A stretch of DNA of 64,000 nt, from NCBI GenBank assembly GCA_013265495.1, contig MU058844.1, forward strand, positions 7,563,260 to 7,627,259, given 5' to 3'. The stretch comes from Vicugna vicugna (taxonomy: Eukaryota). The position numbers were made by a program, and so were the translations under genes. The notes under the pieces are model-generated. The model saw nothing but the letters and a program-made list of their open reading frames with translations. It was not told where the DNA came from and did not search any database. Shown here piece by piece: positions 1 through 12,782 of the stretch (the stretch's first letter is position 1; each line of letters starts with the position of its first letter).

Positions 1-295
1 TCATTTCTGATCTCTGACCATTTGAAACCAGTATTTATTACTTTTGTCAGTTAAGAAAAATGATTATGAAACACAACCATGTTCATTCTTACCATTTTAT
101 TTTTATCTTACTGTAGGTGCAGTAGTATTTTGCATGCTTATCTGATGTATGTGCCGTATCTTAAAATAATCAACAAATATTCCGGAGGCTCTTATTTCCT
201 AATGCTTTTCCTGTACTATTTCTGATTTCCTATTCTGATTCTAAATTACATTATCTGCCTTTATGAAGGAGACATCACAGGCGTGAAATTGTTCA

Positions 296-790
296 AACGG
301 TAGTTCCAGCTGGTTTGGCAACTTTGAAGCGCAGCATAGCAGACTGACTAGAGCTCAACGTAAGCATGCCCCGCGACCAGCAATCCCACTCCTTGACAAT
401 GCTCATTAAAAGACTCGAGAAAGAAAGTTTGTAACAGCGTGATCCGTAGTAGCTCAAAATTAGAAACTGTCCAGATGCCCGTTAGTGATAAAATAGATTA
501 GCAAGTTGATTTATCAACACAATTTATTATTATACAACAGTCTGAATGAATTATCTGCAACTACACAGGTCATTACGGGTGAAGCTAGTTGAAAGAAGCT
601 AAACATGAAAGAGCACATGATACAGCATCCCATTACTATAAAATACAAGAGGAAAGGGTTGAATCTATGGAAAAAGAAATCAGCACAGATTTGCCTTGGT
701 GGTACAGAGGTAGTGGCCAGAAGGGAACCCAACAGGGGCTTCTGTGGTGCTGGCAGTTTTGTGTGTGTGTGGAAATGTTACCAAACACAC
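296..790 (+). mobile_element. Old L1 (L1ME-like) 3' end fragment
   Basis: Degenerate L1 3' motifs (cagcaatcccactcc; tagctcaaaattagaaactgtccagatgcccgtt; gaatctatgg...gaaatcag...ttgccttgg). Confidence 0.6.
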
Positions 791-794
791 ACGT

Positions 795-1183
795 TTTTAA
801 TGGGCTGAATAACGTCCCCTGTAAATTTATATTGTCGAAGCCCTAACCCCCAGTGCCTCAGAATGTGAGCGTATGTGGAGATAAGGCCTTTAAAGAGGTA
901 GTGAAGTTAAAAGGAGGCCTTAGGGTGGGCCCTGATCCAATCTGATGGCTGTTACTGTAAGAGGAGATTAGGTCACGGACACCAGGGTGAATGTGCACAG
1001 ATGAAAGGCCATGTCAGGGCACACTGAGAAGGTGGCCGCCTGTAAGCCAAGGACAGGTCTCAGGACGAACCAAACCAGCCAGCACCTTAGTCTTGGCCTT
1101 CTAGCCTCCAGAGCTGTGTGAGACTGAGGTTGTTTAAGTCACCTAGGCCAGTGTTTTGTTATGACAGACCTAGCAAACTCACA
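795..1183 (+). mobile_element. MaLR solo LTR, MLT1B-like
   Basis: Starts taatgggctgaataacgtcccc; contains cctcagaatgtgag, agggtgggccctgatccaat and tctagcctccagagctgtg; ends ttgttatgacagacctagcaaactcaca. Confidence 0.85.
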
Positions 1184-1556
1184 TGTGTGTCTTACTCTTC
1201 ACGTGCATTGTATTTTTTGTCAAACTTACTATGACATGTGTACCACTTCCTACATGATACTCAGCAAAGTCTAGAGCAATCCTCTTTAACCACGTTAGCA
1301 TATCTATGGCAAACCATATGGATGTGCACACTAAGTGGGCTAAATACAAATTGTAATTTGCCTCATTTCCCTTTGTGTCAGATTTAGCTGCTCAATGAGT
1401 TTTGGAATCAAAGTAACAATTTTTTTTTAATTAAAAAAAATTTCAAAAAGGTTTGTCAGTTTGGAAATGTGTATAAGTCATTGTGGATCCGGTCTATAGT
1501 AACTTTAAAATAAATGTGCAATAATGTCTATTTCTAACTGCCGTTCTCCACTGTAG

Positions 1557-1747
1557 TCCCGTCAGTTGCCTTCTCAGATAATCTCGGAAATTTTACATTG
1601 CCATTTGAACCCCAGGGGTCTTAAAATGTTTTAGGCGCCTTGAATTAGAGCACAGTAAAGATAAATACGAAGCCTTTGTGAAAAGACTGAGGATCTACTG
1701 TGAACCTCACAGTATAGTACAGCCAATATATTTAAAAGGCCAATAAA
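1557..1747 (+). pseudogene. Candidate decayed exon of an unidentified plus-strand gene
   Basis: Branch-like ttctaac, acceptor ctccactgtag|, donor aaa|gtaagg. Reads SRQLPSQIISEILHCHLNPRGLKMF, then after a 1-nt shift RRLELEHSKDKYEAFVKRLRIYCEPHS. Confidence 0.35.
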
Positions 1748-3859
1748 GTAAGGCTGAAAGAATAAAATAACTTATGAAGTACCATGAAATATGCCCCTGG
1801 AAATTATACTCCTCTGAGTCCAACTTCAATTTCTAGTAAAACTATGGCATTAACATGGAATAGTATTGGGACTATTAAATAGGTTTAAAAATACCATGAG
1901 TAAAACTTGATAGTCTTTTACTAGAATTATAAAATGAAGCTGATAGAAAAATAACACTTTTATACTTTTTTAGAAAGTCACTGGATGCTGTTTCAGGGCA
2001 AATGCCCTGATCTCATTTCAGGCCAAAGGAGGCATGCACCCTCCTAAGCACCAAGAATTCATAAACCTTCTGCTGGTTTTATTTTCACCTTAGCATGGTC
2101 AAAGTCATGTGATACTGGGAACAACTTTTACTTCTATTTGCTGGACTGTGTGGTTCCTGAATAAATAAAAATATTCCACAAATTAAATCGGCATTTAAAT
2201 GAATTACCAAGTATCAGTGTGTGTCACTTACAAACTGTAGTTTGCTTTTCTTCTGGGAGGTGAGAAGGTGCTGAAAATACCTGTGAAGACTACTCTAAAA
2301 TAGAAGTTGTGTTTAGAATGGGAAGAGAATACTAGAAATCTAAGTTAAAGTTTCCAGAGAGCAAATGAAGGAAGAGAGAGATTATGACAGCTTGTCTCAC
2401 TTCCTTCTGTTCTCTTCAATTCATGTTTAAGGCCACCATTTTTTTTTCAAACAGGCATCTTTTAATGGCAAAATCAGAGAGTATGTTCATAGCAACAAAT
2501 CTGTGACTTCAAAAGTTCAGCTCCAGATGTAACACTAAAAATATTGGAAGAGTACATGATTTGGCAGAATCAGACTGCCCATTCTCCTCATATCTCTCAG
2601 TTTGGAATGGTGAAAACCTGGCAGGAACTGCCTTTAACACCCTAATTGATTGCAAATGACTGAGTTGCGAAGGCAAAGAGCATCCTCCGCCTCACATTGT
2701 TGTGGGAGAGCAGACTCCATAATTGATCTAGTCACTCCTGTCGGATGTGTACTGTGAATTGTGGTGAACATTTATACAGTGTCTTTAATTTATAAAGCAG
2801 TAGAGGCTTAGAACACTTAAGCATCTTGCCCACATTTTCCTAGCATGCAACTGACAAATCTGGACTGTCAGCCTGGCTACTCTGTCTTTAAAACTCATGA
2901 TAAGAATATATATGAGAGGAGAGGGGATATTTAAAAATGAACAGCAGTTTATGGGAGTTTGGAAAAGATGACTGTGGAGTCGATTCTAACAAATAGAGCA
3001 AGAAAGAAAATTCAAGTTTAGAAAACTGAATGTCAGGGACACTTACTAACAGAAATCTTTTATCTGTAAGAATAAGTTGACTTTGAAAAATAAAGAGATA
3101 ATTGGGATATTCTTGAGGGTAAGAATCATGTTTTGCTCTACTTTTTCTGAAACCCTTTGGATGTTTCATGTGCTTGTGGAATGGATAGCCGGGCTGTGGG
3201 TATTTGCTTGGAATATTAGGCATTTATATATAAAGCTCTGTTTGGAGAAGCTGGATACTGGAAAGAGAATTTTAATATTTTTCTTCCTTGGGATAAAATA
3301 TACTCTTATTATTGTTAGAACATGTCCTTTAGTGGTTTGGTCCTGTGAGAAACACCACAAACCCCCAGTTTCTATTTAAGCTTCTAATACCATTTATCTT
3401 AGCCTACTCTGTTAAGTGCCTTTTTCTTCTGTTATACTTTTGTTATCAACTTGTTTATATTTACAATATCTAGAGAATACCTGCCATGTAGCAAATACTA
3501 AAAATGTCCAGAATATGTCTTCTGCTTTTTAAACTATGCTCCAATTTTTCTAGATGATAATATGCGGGGAGGGGTTAACGAGCATAAATCTCTGATTTGA
3601 GATGCAAACATAGAATGAGGATATGAATGAATTTGCTGGAGCCCTCACTTAGAAGGCTCTGAAACAAAGAAGTACAAAAGAGGAAGGGAAATTCTGATAG
3701 TACTGCCAAGAGTGGGAACCCCATGTAGAGCCACAGAGAAGGTGGCATTGAGAATTATAAAATCACAGCACACGGCTTACTTCACAAATGAAGCCACCAG
3801 AGTTTAGGAAGTTGAAGTGTCTAGCTCAAGGTTGTTAATTAAAGAAAAGGTTCTCTGAA

Positions 3860-3962
3860 GCCCACATGGAACATTCTCCTGGAGAGATTATATGTTAGAC
3901 CACAAAACAAGTCAATAAATTTAAGAAGATTGAAATTACATCCAGCATCTTTTCTGAACACA
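3860..3962 (+). mobile_element. L1 ORF2 endonuclease fragment
   Basis: cacatggaacattctcc...tatatgttagaccacaaaacaagt...aagaagattgaaatt...agcatcttttctga matches the HGTFSRIDHMLGHK...IEIISSIFSDH region. Confidence 0.75.
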
Positions 3963-4200
3963 TTGTTTTACATTCTTGCAAATATCTTGAATGTTCAGTT
4001 TAATAGAAAATGAAAGGAACTTCTTTCATATCTGCTTTCTCCATCCCTTGCAATATCACACATCATGTACTCTCTAGAAAACTCCATGATACATTCATAG
4101 AAAATCAAAGATAAAAGAGCAAATAATATCTTAGTATTTTTGTGAAACGAGTTTTGCTTTTATAAAGGCTCCTAAGGAACTCAGACTTCACTTTGATCTA
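3963..4200. mobile_element. hAT-Charlie (Charlie1-like) DNA transposon fragment
   Basis: ttgcaaatatcttgaatgttcagtttaatagaa and gcaaataatatcttagtatt...tgaaacgagttttg resemble Charlie1 subterminal sequence. Confidence 0.5.
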
Positions 4201-4964
4201 CTTCTGAAGCAGATATTTTAAATAATTTCCTGGCACTTTTCATTGCTTTTGGAGAAGGCTGTGGTCAAAATATTTTTTTTCTTTCTTTACCTCAGTCTTT
4301 TTACATATCTAAATGCTTGTAAGATTCCTTCTTTGTGCTTCAGTTTTAGTAACTTCACCAAGATATGCCTTGCTCTTTTTTGTTCTTCATCAGTTTATCG
4401 TTGGACTAAGCTCTGATCTTTAGACAACAATTGAAGGTCCTCTTTCATGCATGACAACTATTCCTTTAATTGAATATATTATTCCGGTTCTGTTTGTACT
4501 TTTTTAGGAACACAATTATGTTTATGTCAGACCTTCTGTATATTTAATAGCTATTTAATCAAGAATTTCTGTTCATCTTTTACATTTTCTGTTGTGATAT
4601 TTTCCCCAAGTTTGTAATCCAGAATTGACTTTGCAGGCAACCCATTTCTCTCTGCTTCTAGTGTGTACTCATTTTGGTAATGACAATGCCATAATCTACA
4701 GTTTGATGAGGACTGCTCTCTGTTCTCACTTTTGATGTCATTCTGTTATCCTATTAACTCTTCTCTGAGCAATATTTTATGGAATCAAGGGGCATCTTGT
4801 TCTCAGTAATTTTAAGAATTTAGAGTATTATTTGATTTTAAAATATCTTCTTTTCCTGGAACAACCTTTTTTTTATTTACAATCTACCTTCTTTTACTGT
4901 TAGTATATAGAAATAGATATCATGTTGAATCCTTATGCTTATTACTCATATCAGATGGGAAGGG

Positions 4965-5510
4965 TTTTTAAACCACTTAATTGAGGTATGATTGACAGGT
5001 AAAAAGCTATTTATATTTAATGTACAGAACTCAGTGAGTTTGGGTGTGAGTATACACCCATGAAACCATCACCAACATCAAGGCCATAAACATTGATCAC
5101 CTGCCAAAAGTTTGTCCTACTGCCTTTATTATCATCATCTTATTGTTTCTGTGTGGTAAGAACACAGCCTAAGATTTATCCTCTTAGAATGTTTTAAGCA
5201 TATGAAACATTATTACTAGCTGTAGGTGCAGTGCTTTACAGCAGCTCTCCAGAACCTATTTATCTTGCATACTGAAACTTTGTACCCTTTGATCATCGCC
5301 TCCCCATACCTCCTTCCCCTCAGCCCCTGGCAGAGGTCATTCTATTCTCTGCTTCTAGGAACTTGATTATTTTAGAGTCTACATATAAGTAAGATGACAG
5401 TATCTTTCTTTATCTGATCATTTCACTTAGCATAATGTCCTCCAGGTTCATCCATGCTGTTGTAAATGGCAGGGTCCCCTTTCTTTTTAAGGTTGAATAA
5501 TATTTCATCT
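4965..5510 (-). mobile_element. L1MA/MB-type 3' end
   Basis: Reverse-complement L1 3' UTR: ttaattgaggtatgattgaca...atttcacttagcataatgtcctccaggttcatccatgctgttgtaaatggcagg. Confidence 0.85.
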
Positions 5511-5597
5511 TTTCTTTTCCTTCCTTCCTTCCTTTCTTTCTCTCTCTTTCTTTCTTTCTCTCTTTCCCTTTCTTTCTTTCTTTCTTTCTCTCTTTCC

Positions 5598-5642
<45 letters not shown>

Positions 5643-5682
5643 TCTCCTCCTCCTCATTATTATTACTATTATTATTATATTT
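5510..5682. repeat. (TTTC)n/(TTCC)n microsatellite followed by (TAT)n
   Basis: Directly visible simple repeats. Confidence 0.95.
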
Positions 5683-5694
5683 CATTGTATTATG

Positions 5695-5830
5695 TACATC
5701 AACATAAAAAGGGCTATATATACAATAAGCCCACAGCTAGCACCGTCGTCAACAGTGAAAAGCTAAAAGCTTTTCCTCCAAGACCAGGAACAAGACAAGG
5801 ATACCCAGTCTGGCCACTTTGATTCCATGA
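5695..5830 (+). mobile_element. L1 ORF2 RT fragment, inverted relative to the adjacent L1 3' end
   Basis: Translates YNKPTASTVVNSEKLKAFPPRPGTRQGYP (L1 RT motif KPTA...GTRQGCP). Confidence 0.85.
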
Positions 5831-6335
5831 TTTAGCGTTTATATTGCTCTAATCAGCTGACTTGAATCAGCAGGTGGGAGGCTGACTACAAGTTCCTTTC
5901 TGTTCTGCACCTTTTTACCTTCAGCCTGCTTCTCATGAATAATAATTTGAAGAAGGGAAACAAATAGCGTATCTATAGCAGTCCCAGTTCCCCACTTGGA
6001 GGCAGTGATTTTAGCTGTTTTTCCGGTTACTTTTCTCCCATGTCTCTACTCCTTATATCTAAATTAAAAGGTGTCTTTAGATCTTTCAGAACTTAGTTTT
6101 ATAAAAATTTCTAGCCTGCTAGAGATCAAAGTGAGTATATTATTTTTACATTGATGATATTAAATACATTACATTTTGTGTTTGCAAAACCCACCTAACA
6201 GTACTGCATATGTCTTGAGGTTAAGAATTGTGGCTACAGACACCTGAAGTCTTTGAATACTACATTTATTACAGCAGTATTGTGTATAATGTGTTACCTA
6301 AGTTCGTTACTAGTGAGAAAACGAACTATCTACAA

Positions 6336-6712
6336 CAGGGATTAGAAAACTACAGCTCATGGGCCAAATCTTGATCACTGCCTTGTTTCTAGATAAAAAA
6401 GATTTCATTGGCACACAGAAGCGTATTTATTTACATATTGTCTCAGGCTGCTTTTCTTTCTTTTTTTTTAATTTATTTAATTTATTGAAGGACAGTCAAT
6501 TACAATGTCAATTTCTGGTTTACAGCACAATGTCCCAGTTACATATATGCATACATATATTTGTCTTTTATAATATATAAATATAAATATAATATATAAA
6601 TATAAATTTATAATAGCAGAAATTAGTAATTGCGATAGACCCTATGGCCAGCAAAGCCTATAGTATCCATTATTTGGCCCTTGACAGGAAAAAAAAAAAG
6701 AGCTAACTCCTG
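6336..6712. mobile_element. MER58A-like hAT-Charlie MITE with 8-bp TSD and a nested young L1 3' tail (about 6457-6600, minus)
   Basis: Termini caggg...cctg; internal ggccaaatc, tatttacatattgtct and tttggcccttgacagg; TSD atctacaa at 6328-6335 and 6713-6720. Confidence 0.85.
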
Positions 6713-8722
6713 ATCTACAAGAAAAAGGTAAAATGAAAAGTGATTTGAATTGCACAAAGACTCTTCTAGTGGTCTATTGACCTCTAAAAAGGTGTATTTC
6801 TAAGAAAGAAGAGAGCCCTAGATTTCAGGAAAACTTTATTAAAAAAGGAAAAACTAATGGGTCTTTATAGGCAAAGATTGTAAGAATGCTGGGTAGAGAT
6901 ACATGTACATCGGTGCTAAATTTGAAAGAATTGTGCAAACATAACAGTATACGTAAAAATAACTGAAGTTTGCAAATGCATATAAGGTCAAAATGAATTC
7001 ATGAGCTGTAAAACATTAATCACAAAATAATTCTCTGTATAAATAAAATGCACATCTCACAAATACGATGATGTATTAGAGACTTTCCTTAAACTGCTGG
7101 TATCTTTTTAACAAGAGCACATCCTATTTCAGATAAAATATATTATTTTCCTGAAATAAATAATAGAATTATTTATAACCAAGAAGGAATTCAGTGGAAA
7201 TGACAAAATAAATTTACTGTTTAAGGAAGCAGAACATTTATTTCTGCTCTCTTTAGAGACTAAGTTTATGATTTATTTTTCTGCATGTAAAAAGAAGAAA
7301 GAAAAGAAGTAAAATTCCAAAACACTTAGAACTAGCAAGTCATGCGCTATAAGCATAGTTTACTAAGAACAAAAAAATAAAATATTCTTTAAAATCCCAA
7401 TATGTGGGTATCAGAATTAAGCTTCTAACACTGAAAACAGAAGGCAACTTCAAGTTCATTGGAGAGCTTTTAAATGGCTGAGAACAAACTCTGAAAAGCT
7501 TAAACTGTAAATGTAGATTTGAGCATATTTAGCATAATTAACAATGCTATTATCACAAGTTGCAATTACAGAAAACTATTCCAATTGAATATACAATAAG
7601 AACCATTTGCCTATGTGTTAGTCAGGATACATCGTTCTATTGTAAATTACAGAAATCTGACAAACTGTTTTGAGCACATACACACACAAATTAATTCACT
7701 GACATGTAAATAAATAATCTGGGATACTGCTCGAAGTAATATGAAGTACTAGAATGTAGGTGATGTCATCAGAATTTAGATTTTGTGCAAACATGCCTCC
7801 TTTTTTCTCTGTGTTAGATTTACTTTACCTCCCATTGGAGACTCTGGCTACTACAGGCTTATACAACCTCCTAGCTCCGCAGCTTCCTTATAAAAGAGAA
7901 GTTCTCAGGAGTTCCAGATGAGGTCTTTGCATTACTATAATTCTATCAAATTCCTGAAGTTTAAACAATTAAAGTTCTCACTACTGGCTAAACCCTGACA
8001 AGTTGCATTGTCTATAGTAATGAAAACTAGTAAGAATGAAAACTAGTAAAACCATTGCAGAGTAATCTGTCAGGGAGGCAGGATATTATGAGGAACAGGA
8101 ATAAATTTTTTGAAGTTACATAGCATCTCTAAACCTAAGAATCTTTGGCCAAAATAACCAATTTCTGGCATATAATGTAAAGAAATAATCAGAATAAAAA
8201 AACTTTATCAAAAAGTTAATCAAAAAGCCTTATTTATTATTAGATGAAAGAGCTTCAAGGGTGTTATTCCTGTTTTTCAGAGTCATAAATAGAAAAGGTT
8301 ATAGCCATCTTGACACACTGAAAATATGTTTAACTTGATAAAGAATAAATAAAATCCAAAATAAAAATGTTAATATTCTTTAAAGCTCACTTATAATTTC
8401 AAAAACTGGAAGCAAATTCAAAAATTGGAAACCAAGTATTCAATAATATGAAAAGTTTAGAAAGTGGCAATGCTTACAGTAATTATAACACTTAATATTA
8501 TTTATCCTATTTTTATTTTGCCATTTATCTAGATATAGAGATATAGATATCTTTTTTGTTATCTTTTCATCCAGTTCTGTAGTGTTATTTCTTTTATTAT
8601 CCCCTTCCCTCTTGTGAATTTCTTCTTCTCTTTTCCTATTCTTTCCATATTCTTTTCTACTATGGAGTTCATCAAATGGTTTCAGAGATATTCTTTTCCT
8701 ATTTAGCAGTAGCTTATATTTA

Positions 8723-11700
8723 TTTATCTATTTATATTTTTATTTTATTTTTTAATTGATGTATAGTCAGTTACAATATGTCAGTTTCTGCTGTACAGCA
8801 TAATGCCCCAGTCATGCATATACATGCATATATTTGTTTTCATATTCTTTTTCATTAAAGGTTATTACAAGATATTAAATATAGTTCCCTGTGCTATACA
8901 AAGGAAAATTATTTTTTTAAATCTACTTTTATGTATAGTGGCTAACATTTGCAAATCTCAAACTCCCAAATGTACTCCTTCCCACTCCTTTCCCCTGGAA
9001 ACCATTAGATTGTTTACTATGTCTGCAAGTCTGTTTCTGTTTTGCAGATGAGTTCATTAGTGTCCTCTTTTATCCTTTTATTAGATTCCACATATGAGGG
9101 GTATCATATGGTATTTTTCTCTTTCTGGCTTACTTCACTTGGAATGACGATCTCTAGGTCCATCCATGTTGCTGCAAATGGCATTATTTTATTCTTTTTC
9201 ATACCTGAATAGTATTCCATTGTGTAAATATACCACAACTTCTTTATCCAGTCATCCGTCAATGGACATTTAGGTTGTTTCCATGTCTTTGCTATCCTAT
9301 GTACTGTTGCTATGAACACTGGGATGCTTGTATCTTTTCAAATTAGTTTCCTACAGATATATACCCAGGAGTGGGATTGCTGGCTCATATGGTAAGTCTA
9401 TTTTTAGTTTTTTTGAGGAATCTCCCTACATTTTCCATAATGGCTGCACCAAAAAACGACATTCCCACCAGCAGTCATCATCTGTCAAACTAAGAGTACT
9501 GGGTATCTTTCTATTCTTTTTCTTTTAATACATTTTTATTGAAGTATGGTCAGTTTACAATATTGTATAAGTTTCTGGTGTACAGCACAATGCTTCAGTC
9601 ATATAAGACCATACATATATTCATTATCATATTCTTTTTAACCATAAGTTACTACAAGAAATTGAATATAGTTCCCTGTGCTATATGGCATAAACTTGTT
9701 TATCTATTTTATGTATATTTGCATCTGCAAATCTCAAACTCCCAATTTATCCCTTCCCACCCACTTTCTCTCCTGGTAACCATAAGTTCCATTGTATAAA
9801 TATATCAGAGCTTCTTTATCCAGTCATCTGCTGATGGACATTTAGGTTGTTTCCATGTCTTGGCTGTTGTAAATAGTGCTGCTATGAACATTGGGGTGCA
9901 TGCATCTTTTTGAAGTAAGGTTCCCTCTGGATATATGCCCAGGAGTGGGATTGCTGGATTGTATGTTAAGTCTGTTTTTAGTCTTTTGAGGCATCTCCAT
10001 ACTTTTTTCCATAATGGCTGCACCAAACTACATTCCCACCAACAGTGTAGGAGGGTTCCTTTTTCTCCACACCCTCTCTAGCATTTATCGTTTGTGGACT
10101 TTTAGTGATGTTCATTCTGACTGATGTGAGGTGATAACCTCACTGTAGTTTTGAATTGCATTTCTGATAATTAGTGATACCGAGCATGTTTTCATGTGCC
10201 TATTGGCTATTTGCATATCTTCATTAGAAAATTGCTTGTTTAGGTCTTCTGTCCAGTTTTGGATTGGGTTGTTTTTTTTTTTGTTATTAAGTTCTATGAA
10301 CTGTTTATATATTCTGGAAATAAAACCTTTATCAGTTGCATCATTTGGAAATATTTTTTTCCCATTCTGGAGGTTGTCTTTTTGTTTTACTTATGGTTTC
10401 CTTTGCTGTGCAAAAGCTTTTAAGTTTGATTAGTTCCCATTTATTTATTTTTGCCTTTATTTTTAATGCCTGGCAGACTGCCCTAGGAGAACATAACTAA
10501 GATTTATGTCAGAGAATGTTTTGCCTATGTTTTCTACCAGACGGTTTATCATGTCTGGTCTTGTATTTGTCTTTAAGACATTTTTGAGTTTATTTTTGTA
10601 TATGGTGTGAGGGAGTTCTCTAACTTAATTGATTAAATGCTGCTGTCCAGTTTTCCCAGCACCACTTGCTGAAGAGACTGTCTTTTCTCCATTGCATATT
10701 CTTTCCTTCAAGATTAATTGACTGTAGATCTGTGGGTTTATTTCTGAGCTTTCTATTCTGTTCCATTGATCCATATGTCTGTTTCTGTACCAGTACCATG
10801 CTGTTTTGATTACTGTAGCTCTGTAGTATTGTCTGAAGTCTGGGAGGGTTATTTCTCCAGCTTCATTCTTTTTCTTCTAATGCCAATTCTGGGTCTTTTG
10901 TGATTCCATATAAATTTTAGAAATATTTGCTCTAGTTCTGTGAAAAATGTCCTGGGTAATTTGATAGGGGTCACATTAAATCTGTAGATTGCTTTGGGTA
11001 GTATGGCCATTTTAACAATAGTGATTCTTCCAATTCAAGAACATGGGCTATCTTTCCATTTCTTTAAGTCATCTTTAATTTCCTTAGTCAGTGTTTTATA
11101 GTTCTCCATGTATGTCTTTCACTTCCTTGGTCAGATTTATTCCTAAGTATTTTATTGCTTTGGATGCAATTTTAAAAGGGATTGTTTATCTACTCTCTTT
11201 TTCTGATATTTCATTGTTAGTGTAAAGAAATGCAACTGATTTCTAAATGTTAATCTTGTAACCTGCTACCTTGGTGGATTCTTTTATGAGCTCTAGTAGT
11301 TTTTGTGTGGAGCTTTTAGGGTTGTCTGTATATAGTATCATGCCATGTGCGTATAGTGACAATTTTACCTCTTATATTCCAGTTTGTATCCTTCTTATTT
11401 CTTTCTCTTGCCTGATTGTTGTGGCTCGGGCTTCCAAGACTGTGATGAATAGAAGTGGTAAAAGCGGGCATCCTTGTCTTGTTTCAGATTTTAGCGGAAA
11501 GGCTTTCAGTTTTTCATTGTTGAGTGTTATGCTGGCTGTGAGTTTGTCATAAATAGCTTTTATTATGTTGAGGTATGTTCCCTCTATACCCACTTTGGTA
11601 AGGGTTGTTTTTTTTTAAATCATAAATGAGTGTTGAATTTTATCAAAAGCTTTTCCTGTGTGTGTTGAGATGATCGTGGTGCACTATTGGGATAGCACTG

Positions 11701-12782
11701 TGTAGCGAGCACAGGTCTGCTGGAATCACTGCTTCTACACTTGCCCCCACTGTGCGAACTCTGCTCATTTGTCTTAGAGGCCTGCACTTATGGGCCCCCA
11801 GACCTGTAGTGATTGTGTCGTCTAGCTACTGGATCAGTGCTATCCCCAGTGCCTCGTCTGCATAGGGTGCACAGGTCCACTGAAAACGCTGCACTGGCCC
11901 TCACCCCCACTGTGTGCCGGAACACTGCTCCTTGCTCATTTGACTTAGAGGTATGGGTCCACAAAGGTACCCAGGGAGCAAATCAGTCCCTTCTGCCTGG
12001 GCCTATAAACAAATCTCAATCTCACCTATGAATTTGTATATCCCCTGGTATGGATTCAGGTTTCAACCTTACCTCTGTTTGGGAGCCGTGCGCCACTGAA
12101 TATGGTGGCTATGGGTGAGACTCTCCTCTCGTCTCCAGAGAATGATGCACGAGCAATGATGCCATGGTCCTGTGGAGACAGTGGCTACAGACCAGCTGTG
12201 TTGCACTCCTCCCCTGCAACATGCAGTAACGGTGTTTTTTTTTTTCCCCCTTAAGGGGAGACCTAGGCTATTCTGTTCAGTGTACACTCCTAGCCACAGC
12301 CTACAGCACACGCTCGGCCCCTGAGGCTGCCTCTGTGCGGTCAGCCCCAGACCTCCACTCGGCTCAGGGAGCCAGTCCTGGCCCACCCACTGCCAGCTCG
12401 CATCTAGGGCTGGGGGTCGCAGGGACATTCTGTGCCTATTGCTCTCAGTTCTGGCAGCCAAGTGGCGGCTGTGCACTCCTCCAAGCTTCCCCTCCACTGG
12501 ACCTCTCTGTTGGAGGTGGGGTGTCCCAGTGTAAGAGCACTATTCCTCTTTTGCTGCTCCCTCCCGGTGGAAAAGGTCCCACACTAATTTCCTTTTCTTT
12601 TTTTTTTTTCTCTCTCTCCTACCAAATTTTGTGAGGAGTCTTGTCTTTTGAAGTGGGTGATGTTCTGTCAAAGTTCAGCAGGTGTTCTGAGTGAATGGGT
12701 GGGTCCGTGGATGTCTCTCTTGATGTATTTGTGGGAGAGGGTGAGCTAAGAGCATCCTTCTACTCCACCATCTTGGCACCCC
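8723..12782 (-). mobile_element. Composite L1 insertion: 5'UTR fused to ORF2 3' part and 3'UTR, short spacer, second truncated L1 3' end
   Basis: 19-bp TSD tagcagtagcttatattta at 8704-8722 and 12783-12801. ORF2 C-terminal peptides in minus ORFs 9104-9319, 9805-10026 and 11372-11593. GC-rich 5'UTR at 11680-12782. Confidence 0.9.

Noticed and set aside
5410..5822. KERK-rich and FLSF-rich ORFs
   Set aside because: Translations of the (TTTC)n microsatellite plus L1 flanks.
6720..7510. Endogenous RNA-virus polymerase relic
   Set aside because: A-rich and coding-like, but I found no convincing viral motif.
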